A stretch of DNA of 64,000 nt from the NCBI GenBank assembly GCA_051294905.1, contig CM119373.1, positions 26,288,001-26,352,000 on the forward strand, given 5' to 3'. The position numbers and the translations under genes are program-made. Of the stretch, positions 12,291 through 24,601 are shown piece after piece. This DNA is from Botryllus schlosseri (lineage: Eukaryota). Below the pieces are notes generated by a model, which saw only the letters and a list, made by a program, of their open reading frames with translations, did no database searches and was not told where the DNA came from. Position 1 is the stretch's first letter, and every line of letters begins with the position of its first letter.

Positions 12291-12558
12291 ACCCGTTGAT
12301 ATGACTTCGTTACATGATGTTATTTCGTGACTTCCAGTCCGTTATATCAAAAAATATAGAATCGCCCAAACGTAGGCTTCTAAACTAACAGACGCACACG
12401 ATTTCAAATCGGTATTTCTTCACTGGCATAAAATTTTTCCCAGCGGGATGGTATTTGTCTTGTGAGGTTCAGATTGCAAAGACAGGAACATTCGGCGCCA
12501 GTCATTTAGGCGCCTATGGACAATTAAACCCAATTAAACCACAATTAAGGGTTATAGG

Positions 12559-15442
12559 TAGGGTTAGTTCGGATATCGATAATTTTCACTATCCGGATAA
12601 CGGATATATCCGGATATTTGAAATTTAGCTAACCGGCTAACCGGATAATGAATGCTAAGTGAGATAATCGATTTCACGAGGGTCTGCATGAAAAATGGAT
12701 CGCAAAATAATTACACAGTGTTATGGTAGATTTATAAGTACACGCGCAGTACGAGCGAATACGAGAAAATCACGCAAATTTAATGTTCACTGCTTCTGCT
12801 ACTCCCTCCTTATAAAGATCACTTCATCAATAGTGGTATCCTGTAACCGGGACCGGAGATTTGTAACAAAGAGTCCACACGTAAATGCCCTTTCTGCTTC
12901 CACAAAGTGGGCTGAATATAGTAAGCAGCGCTTCCTTTTTGCCCATTCTTCTGTTTAGGTGTCCAGTACTCCAAGGACGAGTAGCTGATACTGGAATTGA
13001 GGCCGACATGATAGCTCGCTCTAATTCCTCCATGGGAAATTCACATGATCAGGCCCGTAGCCAGCCGAAAAATAAGGGGGGTGGGTGTTTGAAATAAAAC
13101 AAGGGCTGTTTTAAATAAAACGAGGGGTTTCTTATTTTCGAATTTAGTATCAGCGGAAATCAATTACGCTTGCACGCACGAACATGTTTGCGAAATGCGA
13201 ACATTCGATGTCATTCAGTTTCGCGATGTCACTCATTAATCATAATCGCGGATCATAATAGTCTTAGCGGCATATTGTCTCCAAGCCACCATGAGATAGG
13301 AGCCAACGCATGCCAGGCCCGAGACTCGATGGTTACGCCAGCGATGATATCGTTCGTACCATGCCTATTGCAGATGCGATTGTGTAGGCCAGGGGTCGGC
13401 AACCTTTTGCTAGTCGCGGGCCAAATTCCGAGTGAACAACTTTTTGGCGGGCCGGAATTTTTCTTGATACTATATTTAACGCTAACGTCGATATAGTAGC
13501 CTACATTGATGCAATCTCAATCATACAAATCACAAAAAGGGCAAGACACGTGTATTTACACTTCAACAACGCGGGATAAATGTGACACTTGGCTCAGCTC
13601 GCTTTGTGAAAGGTTTCTAACTTCTGGTAACAAGTCAGATGAAGCAAGAATCAGACGATATTCTAAATGTGCGTTGGAATGCGTGATCTAAGCTTGCTCT
13701 TCGTGAATTTCATTCTTGAAAACTATTGTTCACATGCGTACGCGCTACCAAATGTCGATGCCATTTCTTTTGCATTGTTGGTCAAGCTGGGATAAAGACC
13801 CATTTCAATAACGGACTCTTTGTCAAAGTCGTGAAGCGATATGCCCTTTGTATGAAATTTGTCATTCAATTCAACTGCATCGCATTTCAAAAGGGCCTAT
13901 TTGAAATTTTCAGGCAATGCTATTGGCATTCACATTAAACGGAGTACTGAGCAATAGTCAGAATTTATTTTGTACAGAACGAATGTCGTAAAAGCGGGTG
14001 GCAATTCAGTAATTAAATTTCCTATCACAGTTACAAATGTATAGTGCTGGTACTAGGTTTACTCTCCTCCAGTATAGGAAAGTGAGCATAATTTTCTTTA
14101 TACTGTTGTAATTCCCAGAGTCGCAGTTATGTTTCGAATGCGCCTCAACATCTCATATATTCAGTTATTTCCCCGTGAGGTAGCAAATTCAATTTGTTCA
14201 GATGTGAGGTTTAATGAGGCCCTACTACGAAAGCAAGATTAGATACCCACTTCGATGACAAGATTATGAGTCGGCGATGTTTGTATTTTCAAGGAAAGTT
14301 GCTAATTCGTTTCTCAGTTCATACACTCGTGCAAGCATAGCTGCTCGACTTAATGCGCGAACATGGCAGATATACAGGACATCGCCATATTGATTCTCTG
14401 CTTCTAGTAATATATGGGGTACGCTATCTGTCGGTTTGTGAGACCAAAATCAGCTTTCGCCACTGTGTCCAAAACACTATTCAGGTTTGTTGTCTTGGCG
14501 TACAATGTCCTCTGGTGAATTAAACTGCAGATGACTAACCTATGCGCGGGCTAGTTATCTATAATGAAACGGAAAGTTTGAGATTTTGTCATTGCGTTTT
14601 TGGAGCAGAGGAAATGCGCCTTTATTGTCGCACCCTATCAGAACGGCAAACTCTTTAAAAAGTATGGTATACCTTTGGTTGCGCGATGCACCCTCTTAAT
14701 AAGCACTGGTCTAGTCTATTCTACAGATATTCTATATCTCCTACTTTTAGTACGAGATAGGCTACTAGTCAACCGCCTTCGCACCAGTTTTATGGCGTAA
14801 CCATAGACTAATACGACGTAGGATACTCATATCGCAGCAATACCGCATTCTTTCCAAGCAGTGCTGCACTGCAGATTGGAACTCATTACGAAACGGCGGG
14901 CCGTATTCTTGTGATAACTAATTACTTGGTCGCGGGCCGGACGATTTCGCTTGGCGGGCCGGATCCGGCCCGCGGGCCGTAGGTTGCCGACCCTTGGTGT
15001 AGGCCATCGATAATATCGTGAGCACCAAGCCAATGCAGATGCGATTATATGGACCAGTGATGGTATAAAGTCCACAGAGCCTATTGCAGATGTGATTCTG
15101 CCAGCGGAACTATAGGCTTGTTGAAGACTCGAAAAATCAGGCCAGCAACGATAGCTGAGTTCGCAGCAATCAATGACCTAGTTTGGCGATCTTCTCGGGA
15201 GATTGCGTCGCGTTACACACTGCATTGACGTATCTCGCTAACTGGCGACACGCTTCTCGCTGATTGGCCGCGCGCAACACTGATAATACGACTTATTGAA
15301 GCTTCCTAAAAGTGTAAAACGCAATATTAACGATACTATTTTATCCGGTTAACCGGCAGATTTATATTCGGATATCGGATAATAAAAGAACCTGCGGTTA
15401 ACCGGTTAACCGGTTAAACGTTATCCGGATAATCCAACCCTA
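12559..15442. mobile_element. hAT-type MITE, middle member of nest 1
   Basis: Termini TAGGGTTAG / CCAACCCTA, subterminal TATCCGG and TAACCGG repeats, perfect TSD GTTATAGG (12551-12558, 15443-15450). Confidence 0.85.
13390..14996 (-). mobile_element. hAT (Charlie/SPIN/GTF2IRD2-like) deletion derivative with degenerate transposase, inner member of nest 1
   Basis: TIRs CAGGGGTCGGCAACC / GGTTGCCGACCCTTG, perfect TSD GTGTAGGC; minus-strand remnants QYGDVLYICHVRALSRAAMLARVYELRNELATFLE and KEMASTFGSAYACEQ*FSRMKFTKSKLRSR. Confidence 0.92.
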
Positions 15443-18400
15443 GTTATAGGTATTGCCGTTGAATACAGCATTAAGGCCACAAACAACGACAATGCAGTCT
15501 ATGAAAGTAGCTATCACATACCACAATTCAACTTAGCTATGGATGGAAAATACATTACAGCCACATAAGTAAGGGAACGTATTTGCTGCGCATTGTGTAT
15601 TGGAGCATTGTGTATTGGACGTGGCTACTGTATAATTCCTACAAGACTGTTGTATTCCGAAGTCGGCAATTGTCCAATTGTTAGCGAATAGTGCATGAAG
15701 CAGATTCGTTTTTGCCTCACCTGGCCATTGTTTCTCTGCGATGGCATTGTCTGTAATAAAGCCGAATGTCACCTTCCTTGGTGATTTTTGGGGGGTTCTG
15801 GTGCTCTGACACTGTTAATATTTGGATTTTCGGAATCAGTGTGACGATGACATTTGATTGATACCAGTTATTATGAATTCCGAGCTATTTGTGATGAATT
15901 GCATTGTCGCAGGTGAGGCACGACCCACCCGTGCCTCACCTGTGCCGCAACTCTCCTTTCGCGTTGTATTTTGAATAGGAATTATTGAAAATTGATGATG
16001 TAGGATGAAAAAATGTTCAAATTTAGTTATTTATGAGTATCGATGTAAAATATCAATAGTCATCGACTCATGGAGGGTTTTCACAATTTTCACGTACTCA
16101 CCCTGACAACAGGTGAGGCACTGCCTCACCTACCTCATTGGACCGCACGTCACTGATATACCTGCAAAAAAGGCTGCATACTTTACATCTTTGATTGATT
16201 TCAATTTTCGAAGGTTCACCAGTCCGCCAAATATTTTTTAAATTTTACCGGTTCACCGGTCTATAGGATATATGGTCTATATGGCTCTTCGTTATAGGAT
16301 ATGGCTCTTTGACAAATTTCAATTTTGTAGTCACTTCATAAATATTGCAGCAAGTAAATTCCCATGGTGGCCGGAGTAGTTATTATCGTGGCAGCAAAAC
16401 ATGTCTTTGAGAGGTCTAGAAAGAGGGGTATCCAGGGTTAGGGCATCGTACCCCCTTTTTTACCCAAATTTAAGTTGCTGTCGTGCCGGCGACTAACACC
16501 ACTCGCGCATTCGATCTACCTGCCACGAGCCCTTCGAAATCTTGGATTGCATGATACGTTGGATCGCACGATACCTTAATTGGTCAAAGAACAGCGGCAG
16601 ACATGGCGACGCTTGTAGGACAATGCAGTTTTCAAATACACATTGTCTTCCTGATCCCCGCCAAGAAGTGAACCTGCCCTGGAACTTGAAACTGAGATTC
16701 ACAATTACAAATTCAAATTAAAAACAACCCATGGCTATCCATCAGACATGGGATGATTGCTTCATGAATATAATCGATTGCGATTACGTTTACGATTACT
16801 CCTGAATCACGCGATTGCGATTACGATTACGATTATACAAAATCAGGAAGTAGTCGATTACGATTACATTGGAAAAGTAATCACGATTACTCACGATTAC
16901 ATTTATTTTGCTTCTTAGAACTAATATTAGAAGATATATTGGAATACAAGGATTGCGATGAAAAGGCCTAATGAGATAACAGCTTTCTTGATAAATGATG
17001 CTTCATTTACTTGTTACTTCATAATGTATCCATTCCCCAACTTTATAGGGGACGATTTATCGCACCCAACGATTTGAATTCTTGCCAGGTCCGTAACTGC
17101 CGCACCCCAAACTCCCCAATAGGGTGATGGGGAGCGAGCTCGAAGGGGACTCAAAAGTATTTCGTGAACCAACAAAGCATTTCCGAGAGATTTATTTAAC
17201 TTTAAAATTTTCTTCGAGCTTCGCGATTTAAATGTCTCTAGATAGCTTGATTTTGAAATGCATACCTCTCTCACTCGAGAAAAAAAGCATGCATAATTCA
17301 TAGGAATAGGCATTTCGGTGCCGGACATTACCGCGCCCCGACGCGCCAAAAGACATATGCATGGCCAACATGCGACTCCACGAAGTGTGCTACTAAAGAA
17401 ATACCTTGGCCGAAACTAAGGGTATATGTCCATTGTCAATAACCGCGCTGATTGGGCGTGACTGATAGTCCTGTCCTTCCAATCTTAGCCCACAATGCAA
17501 AATCACCCCGAGGTACCCACAGAGTAATAAAGACATGACCATTTGAGTGTGCGTCTCACGAAAGTTTTTCTTTTTGCATGCTTCGTTTGGGCGACTACAA
17601 CATCTTTTGATTATTTAACAGACCGGAGGTCACGAATTAACAACATCCAAAAAATTAGAAATAGATAACCTTTCAGGGGCCCAAGACCAACGCTTAGAAT
17701 TGGGGACAAATTGGTGTTTTGGTACTGATTCTAGCTACAACCCATGCTTACATGGTAACCTATATAAGCGGATGGCTATGGAGGCAGGTCCAAATGTTGA
17801 GTAAAGAATTATGGAATAACGATTGACGCCCGTTTCAAGTAGAGTCATATGAGAAAAATATAAAGTGAACATAAAACTCTGCCTTCAACTTAATACATAT
17901 GCAGCAAGCTGGCGTTACTAGAAACGGCAAGGAACGGCTATAGGTCATGATATATATCAGCATCTGTTGATTTTTAATGCTTCGTTGTGGTAACTGTAAT
18001 GTTTTATTTGACGACTACAAAATTTCAAAGCTTTATATCCTTTACGTACGTACGTAGGCCTACTATGCTCGGCCAGCAGCAACGGTCAAACCGCGTTCAA
18101 CTAAGCTGAACCAAACATCAATACATAAGTATGAAACTAAGCAGAGTGGTGATTATTATCCTGCTGCGAGGTAGTGACGTATGGAGCGTATTGATAACCC
18201 GATATACAGCACCGCGGGTGTACTTAGTATCACATTACAACAAGCGCGGCCAACCCATGGCAGAGAAGGTTCTGAGTGGCCCGCGAGGTAATTGTCGAAA
18301 TTAGTATTGTATTAAAAAATAAATTACCCAGGTTAGTCATTATGAACTTGCAAGGGATATCCAAAAATTTTGATTGAGCAGATCGCGAAATTTGGGATGT

Positions 18401-19505
18401 TGACGACTAAGATATCAGTTACGACGCATAGGCGTAGCCACAGGCCAGCCACAATTTTCATAGATCTTCGTATATGACCATAAAGTAGGCAGACTTATGT
18501 GACTTAAAAACAAATTCTCAGAGCTTCGCGCCATTTATTTTCATTCGATTTCTTGCTTTTAGTATGGGTAACCGCAAATACGCCCAGAATACACAACTGA
18601 GCCTAACTATATTCGGCAATATAACCTTAGCACAAAATAATAGACGTATGTTCGCCGAAATCTTCGATATTGATATGTCCAAGCAACGAATAATCCTGTC
18701 CTCGCCAAATGAGCCTAGCGGTTAACAGCCGCGACCCACAATATATGCAAGCAACAATATTATTGACCGAATTCATTCATTAACTTTGAAATTTTTCTCC
18801 CTTCGCGCAGCTAGGAGTTTTCATGAAATATAGTTATCGATTTTATTGCGTAGTAAGATAAGTCTTGTTTTCACCGTTACCTAATCCGTTACATCCAATT
18901 TCAAGAAAGCAAAAAAAGTGCGCACTAAGTTCAGTCTTATACAAAATGTTGACCAAAAAGTAGTTATTCAAAGAAGCGAAAACGCCAATACGGAACTGTT
19001 ATATGTATTTTACTTAAAAAATATATTAGTTCCCCAAATATATAATTGAAATATCCATGGTCGCACTGCCGTGTTACTGTCGACCCAATAGATCCCCAGA
19101 CACGAGAGATACCGGCCGCGTGGTTTAATAATAATAAACCAAATTCCAATGTCTGCGTTTCCAACTAAATATCTTGTTTTCCTCACAGCACATATGCAGG
19201 GCTAACGTCAAATTAAATCAAAGAGAGCAAAGAGGATGCCAACGTATATACCGGACTATCATCGCATATTTGCCAATTTCATTGTTCGCGAATAAAGCTG
19301 TTGCGACTATAGCTACTTTTGAAACCCTATGACCCGTGTAATATCTATAAGGCTTTATGGTATTTAAGTGACTTGCAAGAGCACGAGGTAACACTTTGGA
19401 ATTAGTTGACTGGTCCGGCCCGCGAGAAATTTAAAGGATTGAATCCGGCCCGCGACGAAATTTGAGTTTGACACCCCTGATGTAGTATATATCGAATGTC
19501 TATTT

Positions 19506-20598
19506 CAGAGGTGGGCAAACTTTTGAGCTTGCGAGCCGCATTCAACATCGGAATCCTTTCGCGGACCGCACTAAGTAAAATTGGGATTATAAACTCAATC
19601 GCAATATTGGTATTTGATTATATAGTGAGGACATCTAGATAACATATATGCTTAAATGCGTAATTAAAACAATCCAAATATTGCTTTGACGATATCGTAC
19701 ACGCGTCAGAAACATAGTGGCGATATTTCATAGGCTGGTCGACCTCAATAAGCAATATGTCAAAACTAAAGAGATGAAAGTCGGTTGTCCCGATTCTTAG
19801 AACACGATTGAAATTTAAACCTGTGAGCAGCGACGTGCATATAGATTTACTAATTCCACTTTTGGATCAGCTCCAGGACACACAATGCTGACAGCATTAT
19901 AACCACAAAAATAGCCAAATTCTACGCATACAGAGAACGAATCTACCTAAAACACGCGCGAATCGTTTTTTATAAGCACATCACTAAAATATTTAAAACT
20001 GGAGTGGCCAATCTGAAATCACACTCGTGATTTTTCAAACTGCGTGGGCCTTGAGATCAGGCTATCACGCCAGAAATTGAATATAAAAATAATATAGGAA
20101 GTATTTACGTTAGTACAGTGGTTCTCAACGTTTTTAAGACAGGCCCTCACCTTATCACGGTAAAACATTTGGCGCCCCTCTTATCGTCATATCACCAAAC
20201 GCAAAGCAAACCTAACGAATAGTTTGATGGCACGGAAGGTTACGGCTGTGGACGAGAGATTTTAAAATATGAAATTCCGACTTAATACAGAGCAATAATT
20301 ATGAACGGGGTGTAAATCGCGCAGAGCGCGAATTATTTTTTCAGTTGAGCTCAGCTTCGCGCCTCCCTTCAGATCTTTCACGCCCCCAAGGTGGGTGCAC
20401 CCCACCAGTTAGGGAACAACTGCCTTAGAATTATCATGGTGAAATATATAAGAAAAGGTTTAATCAAGTCCCTGCCAATTCGATTTTTAGTACGCATTTT
20501 CTCAATATTTTTAACAACTTTCTTTAGACTCTTGCGGGCCGCACAGAACGGCATGGAGGGCCGCATGCGGCCCGCGGGCCGTAGTTTGCCCACCCCTG
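19506..20598. mobile_element. hAT MITE, middle member of nest 2
   Basis: TIRs CAGAGGTGGGCAAAC / GTTTGCCCACCCCTG, GCGGGCCG subterminal motifs, perfect TSD GTCTATTT. Confidence 0.9.
20116..20422. mobile_element. Charlie-like hAT MITE, inner member of nest 2
   Basis: Termini CAGTGGTTCTCAAC / GTTAGGGAACAACTG, TSD CGTTAGTA/CCTTAGAA (6/8). Confidence 0.7.
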
Positions 20599-21907
20599 GT
20601 CTATTTACTCTGTTTGGATACTTCTTACGCAATAACGAGCAAAACCAATGCTTCTGACGTAATAATGAGCGGTGGCGTTTGAAAACCAGACGTTTCTGCT
20701 ATCACTAACACGGTAAAATCACTGAGCTATATATCTTCCTCTTTCACGAATGTTAAGTTTATGTCATAGCCCTCTGGACAAATAAAAAGTAATCGTTCTT
20801 TCACAAAGAAATCGATTAGATATGGGAAGTAGTCGATTACGATTACTTTGGAATTTTTTCGAATGTAATCGATTGCGATTACGATTAATTGAAAATGCTG
20901 TAATCGTCGTAATCGATTACGATTACTAATCGCGATTACCCCATGTCTGCTATCCATATTCTTGATTGGTAAGTGGAATTATAGCACCGCCGTAAAATGT
21001 AGGTGTGTAGCACAACGATATGTTACGCCGGTTACTTCAGAAGTACAGCGCGACAATTACATTTGATTAATATCAGTGATTATAACTTCTAAGCTTCTTA
21101 CGATTAGTTTCACTATCACAGGCGAGACATCGCCCATCTGTGCCTCATCTGTGCCATACCTAGCCCTTTATTTCTGAATAACAGATGTGAAAATTCCGTG
21201 ATTTTGGGAATAAAAATGTTCAAAATCTAGTCATTCATAAACATCGATAAGAAAATACCAATATTAATAATTGAAGGTTTCACAATTTCCTTCATTCACC
21301 CCTGAGGACATATGAGGCACTGTCGCATTTGTCTCCCCTAACTCAACGACACTGACGTATCACACCCCGCCGTGTGTTGGCTATGTACTGCTGCGGTGAC
21401 AAAGTTTGGCTCCGACTACGCATGTGGGCATAAACATATGGTGCACACTATGAAAACCACATATTAGTGCTACGAATACGTGACGAATTTTCAATTGTGA
21501 CGTAACAGTTGATTGACATGTATGGCTCTTTGGGAGGTACAATTGCAAATATTGGTTCAAGATGGCTCTTCGGTCGAAAAAGGTTCCCGACCCCTGCTAT
21601 ACGCCCTATCGGATGTGTGTCAGTGTGTTATTGCGCGACAAGTTTTAAACTCACGGCAGGTCAAAGCTGATACAAAAATATGGAAGTTTATACACTGATA
21701 AACAGTAACGAGATTGATTCTAAACCTACGTCTTCGATTAGAGTATCATTCGCGTTTTTGTTCTATTGTTAGTCATATTGAGCGACAGACAATATATCAA
21801 GAAGTATGTTATTACCATGTGGGCCTATGCATGTAATATTTTCATGTAACTACATGATGTGATGACTTTAGCTGATAGCGGTGCATTCCAATTTCACAGC
21901 TTAGAAT

Positions 21908-24601
21908 ATGACTTCGTTCGGCATTGTTGACTTTATTGCTAATAACTCTCTAGATGAAGTTGGAGCGACTCCTGTCTGGGAAAAATTTCGGAAGCATTTC
22001 TATGCTGTCGGTGTTGGCATTTCCTTGTTTGCACTCTATTTTACTCTTGGAATCCATGTCGAGTGTGCACCAGCGTATTCAAACGGAACCGTCATAAAAA
22101 TAGATTTGTATTCGCGGCATGTCAACGAATATTGTGGGAACAACGATCAGTTGATTGTATTCAGGTATTCTGGATGCATGCTTGTTGGCATGAATGCCAT
22201 TATTCTTTTGGCTGCTTCGTATTGGCTTTATCTGCCGAATGCGATTAAACCACTTCGAACCTTCTCCAAGATACGAGGATTAGTCAACGATATCCATTTG
22301 CCATGGGAGGAGTTGAAGCAGCTCATGGCAACTCCAATGACGGCAGAGGAATTATCGACGACCCCCAACGAGCCAACTGATAAGTTATTGAAACAGAAAA
22401 AAATACGCGAAATAATTAAACTGCTGCCATCATTTAAGGAGGAGAAAGATCACAATCATCAGCAAACAGCCGATTCTAGCAGCAGTTGCTGTTGCAGATC
22501 CCCCAAATGTCCCTGTAAGACACTTGTAGCGTCCTACCTATTTAGAAACTGTGTTCTAGGAGTTCTATTCATCCTCGCTATTGCCGGAATAGTATGTCTC
22601 ACAATACTCATGCTCCAAACTGGCTACACATTTCCCTGCACATACGATTTGACAAGTGACGGCAAGAATTACATTTGTGCAGTCGGTGGCACATCAGTCG
22701 CAATAGTATGCACCATCGTTTGTGTACCTCTACTCGTATGTCAATTGATAGCGATCGGCTACGGATCTGCACAAGCGATCAAAATTATATTGAACGAGAA
22801 TCGCAAGGACGAAAAGCGAAAGAAAATCAACTATTCATCAGTTAGGTTGATTGTCAGATTCTGCAAAAGTTCCCAGTCGCCACGTTCTGGTATTTCAAGT
22901 AGTTTTATTGAATTCTTTTTTTCTAAAGAATTCGAAGAGACTGTTAATCGTAACGTAAATATATCAGAAATCCGGTCAGACGATGAATTGGGTAAGCTAT
23001 CACGCGCCCTCTATATTGACGAAGACCCCTTACGCGACCTAACATCCGATATGAGAGAATATGAGACTACGCAGTTTCGCGGTATCGTTGATATAACCAA
23101 GTACAGCCTAAAACAATATTATAAACTTGCTGAGATGCTGGCTAAACACCAGCTATGGGAGACTTTCGTGTTTCTGCTAGGTAATATCAATGAAGATTTT
23201 CAGAAGTGTGAAGAGGAAGACATAAACGATTTCTCAAGGTTGATCATCAATTTTGATTCCATTGCAACGAAATATCATGATGGAAAGAAGTTATCGAATG
23301 AGTTTTACGAAACAGGATCGTGCTCTCAGAATTTTGACAGTAATAGCATTTTGTATTATGCAATACATAACGGAAACATGGACAATTTCGACGTTGCGTT
23401 GTTTCTTCTGTCTTGTTTCAAACCGATCAACCCTTACGTACATTATTACGTTCCCCAGAAAAATAACCAAAATAGTGTACCAGCATTAGCATACATTAAG
23501 TCACTACCGCCAACCTATACAAAATGCGCGAATTATCCAAAGCTGGAAACTGAAATAAATAAATGCAATACTGCTACGCATCCGGAATATGAGTGTCAAA
23601 AGGCACTCAAAGACACACTGGCGGTATACAAGGAAAAAGCGCAAGTTATGCAGTCTATTATCATAGGTATATTGTCAAGGCGGAAATTTCGTGATTGGGA
23701 TGAGACTGCATCCGAATTCTTGAAATTGGCGGTAGAAAAAGGACACCATGAAATCGAATTAGCTCTTTTAAAAGCATTTTTCACAGGTAATCCGTTGAAA
23801 TATCTATGTAAGAAGCATCGCGGAGTGAAAAAATCTATTCCGAGCGACCGCTGTATAGAGAAGATATTCACCGACTTCAATTACGAACTTGACGATTGCA
23901 AATATTTGGTTGCGCATCTGGCAGAAACTCATTCCTGGTCACTGCTCGTAGGATTACTGAATCATACGAATACTAGATGTGACGAGATGACACCTGAGCA
24001 GAAAGAGTTCTTCAGAAAACTAAAAATAGATCTTCAACTACCCCAACAAAATTCGAATTCAAACGGGTGTGGTGAGAATATCGTATGGGCGGCTCTGGAA
24101 CAAAACCGACGCCGGGACGGCATCCGATTTACTGTCACGAACTTCCTTCTGGATGTTTCTGAACCGCAAATTCTCTACGTCATTAAGGCTGGTTCAGATA
24201 CGAAAAGACTGAGTAAAGACCCGAGGAGTAATCCACAAAATACGCAAGAAGACAGCAAGAAGTTCAAAGATGCCCTTGCAAAATTCGAATTGACATATCT
24301 GCTTCACCGTTATCAGAACAACATTGAGAAAGAAGATTTAAAGAAGATTTTAGCTGACGTGCCGATTCGCGAATGGAATGACAATGTGCGCAAGCTTGCT
24401 GAGCTTGCATCAAGTAACGAAGATTGGGAATTCTTGATTGCCATACTCAAGACGCATATTGCGGAAAACATTTTGAAAGGAAGCCATATCGACATCAATC
24501 CCACTAACGTGAAAGTTATTTGGGGTTTGATAAAGGCCGAGCGAGACCCATTTCTAAATGTATGTGATATTATTCTAGAATATTTCAAGCCACCGAAATA
24601 A
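21908..24601 (+). CDS. 897-aa four-TM LRRC8/pannexin-like channel protein with a non-LRR repeated helical (ankyrin-like) C-terminus
   Basis: Uninterrupted ORF. Hydrophobic segments at aa ~31-49, 87-107, 206-236 and 263-285; Cys pairs in both predicted extracellular loops (C53 VECAP, C76 VNEYC, C244 FPCTYD, C257 YICAVG); TPVWEKF resembles LRRC8 KPWWDVF and YWLYLP resembles FWFKFP; acceptor-like TTTCACAG ends 8 nt before the ATG. Confidence 0.85.
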   Translation: MTSFGIVDFIANNSLDEVGATPVWEKFRKHFYAVGVGISLFALYFTLGIHVECAPAYSNGTVIKIDLYSRHVNEYCGNNDQLIVFRYSGCMLVGMNAIILLAASYWLYLPNAIKPLRTFSKIRGLVNDIHLPWEELKQLMATPMTAEELSTTPNEPTDKLLKQKKIREIIKLLPSFKEEKDHNHQQTADSSSSCCCRSPKCPCKTLVASYLFRNCVLGVLFILAIAGIVCLTILMLQTGYTFPCTYDLTSDGKNYICAVGGTSVAIVCTIVCVPLLVCQLIAIGYGSAQAIKIILNENRKDEKRKKINYSSVRLIVRFCKSSQSPRSGISSSFIEFFFSKEFEETVNRNVNISEIRSDDELGKLSRALYIDEDPLRDLTSDMREYETTQFRGIVDITKYSLKQYYKLAEMLAKHQLWETFVFLLGNINEDFQKCEEEDINDFSRLIINFDSIATKYHDGKKLSNEFYETGSCSQNFDSNSILYYAIHNGNMDNFDVALFLLSCFKPINPYVHYYVPQKNNQNSVPALAYIKSLPPTYTKCANYPKLETEINKCNTATHPEYECQKALKDTLAVYKEKAQVMQSIIIGILSRRKFRDWDETASEFLKLAVEKGHHEIELALLKAFFTGNPLKYLCKKHRGVKKSIPSDRCIEKIFTDFNYELDDCKYLVAHLAETHSWSLLVGLLNHTNTRCDEMTPEQKEFFRKLKIDLQLPQQNSNSNGCGENIVWAALEQNRRRDGIRFTVTNFLLDVSEPQILYVIKAGSDTKRLSKDPRSNPQNTQEDSKKFKDALAKFELTYLLHRYQNNIEKEDLKKILADVPIREWNDNVRKLAELASSNEDWEFLIAILKTHIAENILKGSHIDINPTNVKVIWGLIKAERDPFLNVCDIILEYFKPPK

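Larger units (their letters stand above)
11219..16155. mobile_element. hAT-type non-autonomous element, outer member of nest 1
   Basis: TIRs CAGTGACGTGCGG / CCGCACGTCACTG, subterminal GGTGAGGCAC motifs, TSD ATATACTT/ATATACCT (7/8); diverged copy of the right end at ~21100-21340. Confidence 0.8.
16743..20949. mobile_element. hAT-type non-autonomous element, outer member of nest 2
   Basis: TIRs CAGACATGGG / CCCATGTCTG, subterminal (CGATTA)n arrays, perfect TSD CTATCCAT; a second right-end copy lies at ~60830-61050. Confidence 0.88.

Noticed and set aside
13290-15110. GCCTATTGCAGATGCGATT repeats flanking the inner hAT as a coding zinc-finger remnant
   Set aside because: After removing the insertion no frame stays open; too degraded to assign.
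23253-24588. Short ORFs overlapping the 897-aa gene
   Set aside because: Shadow frames with no recognisable motifs.
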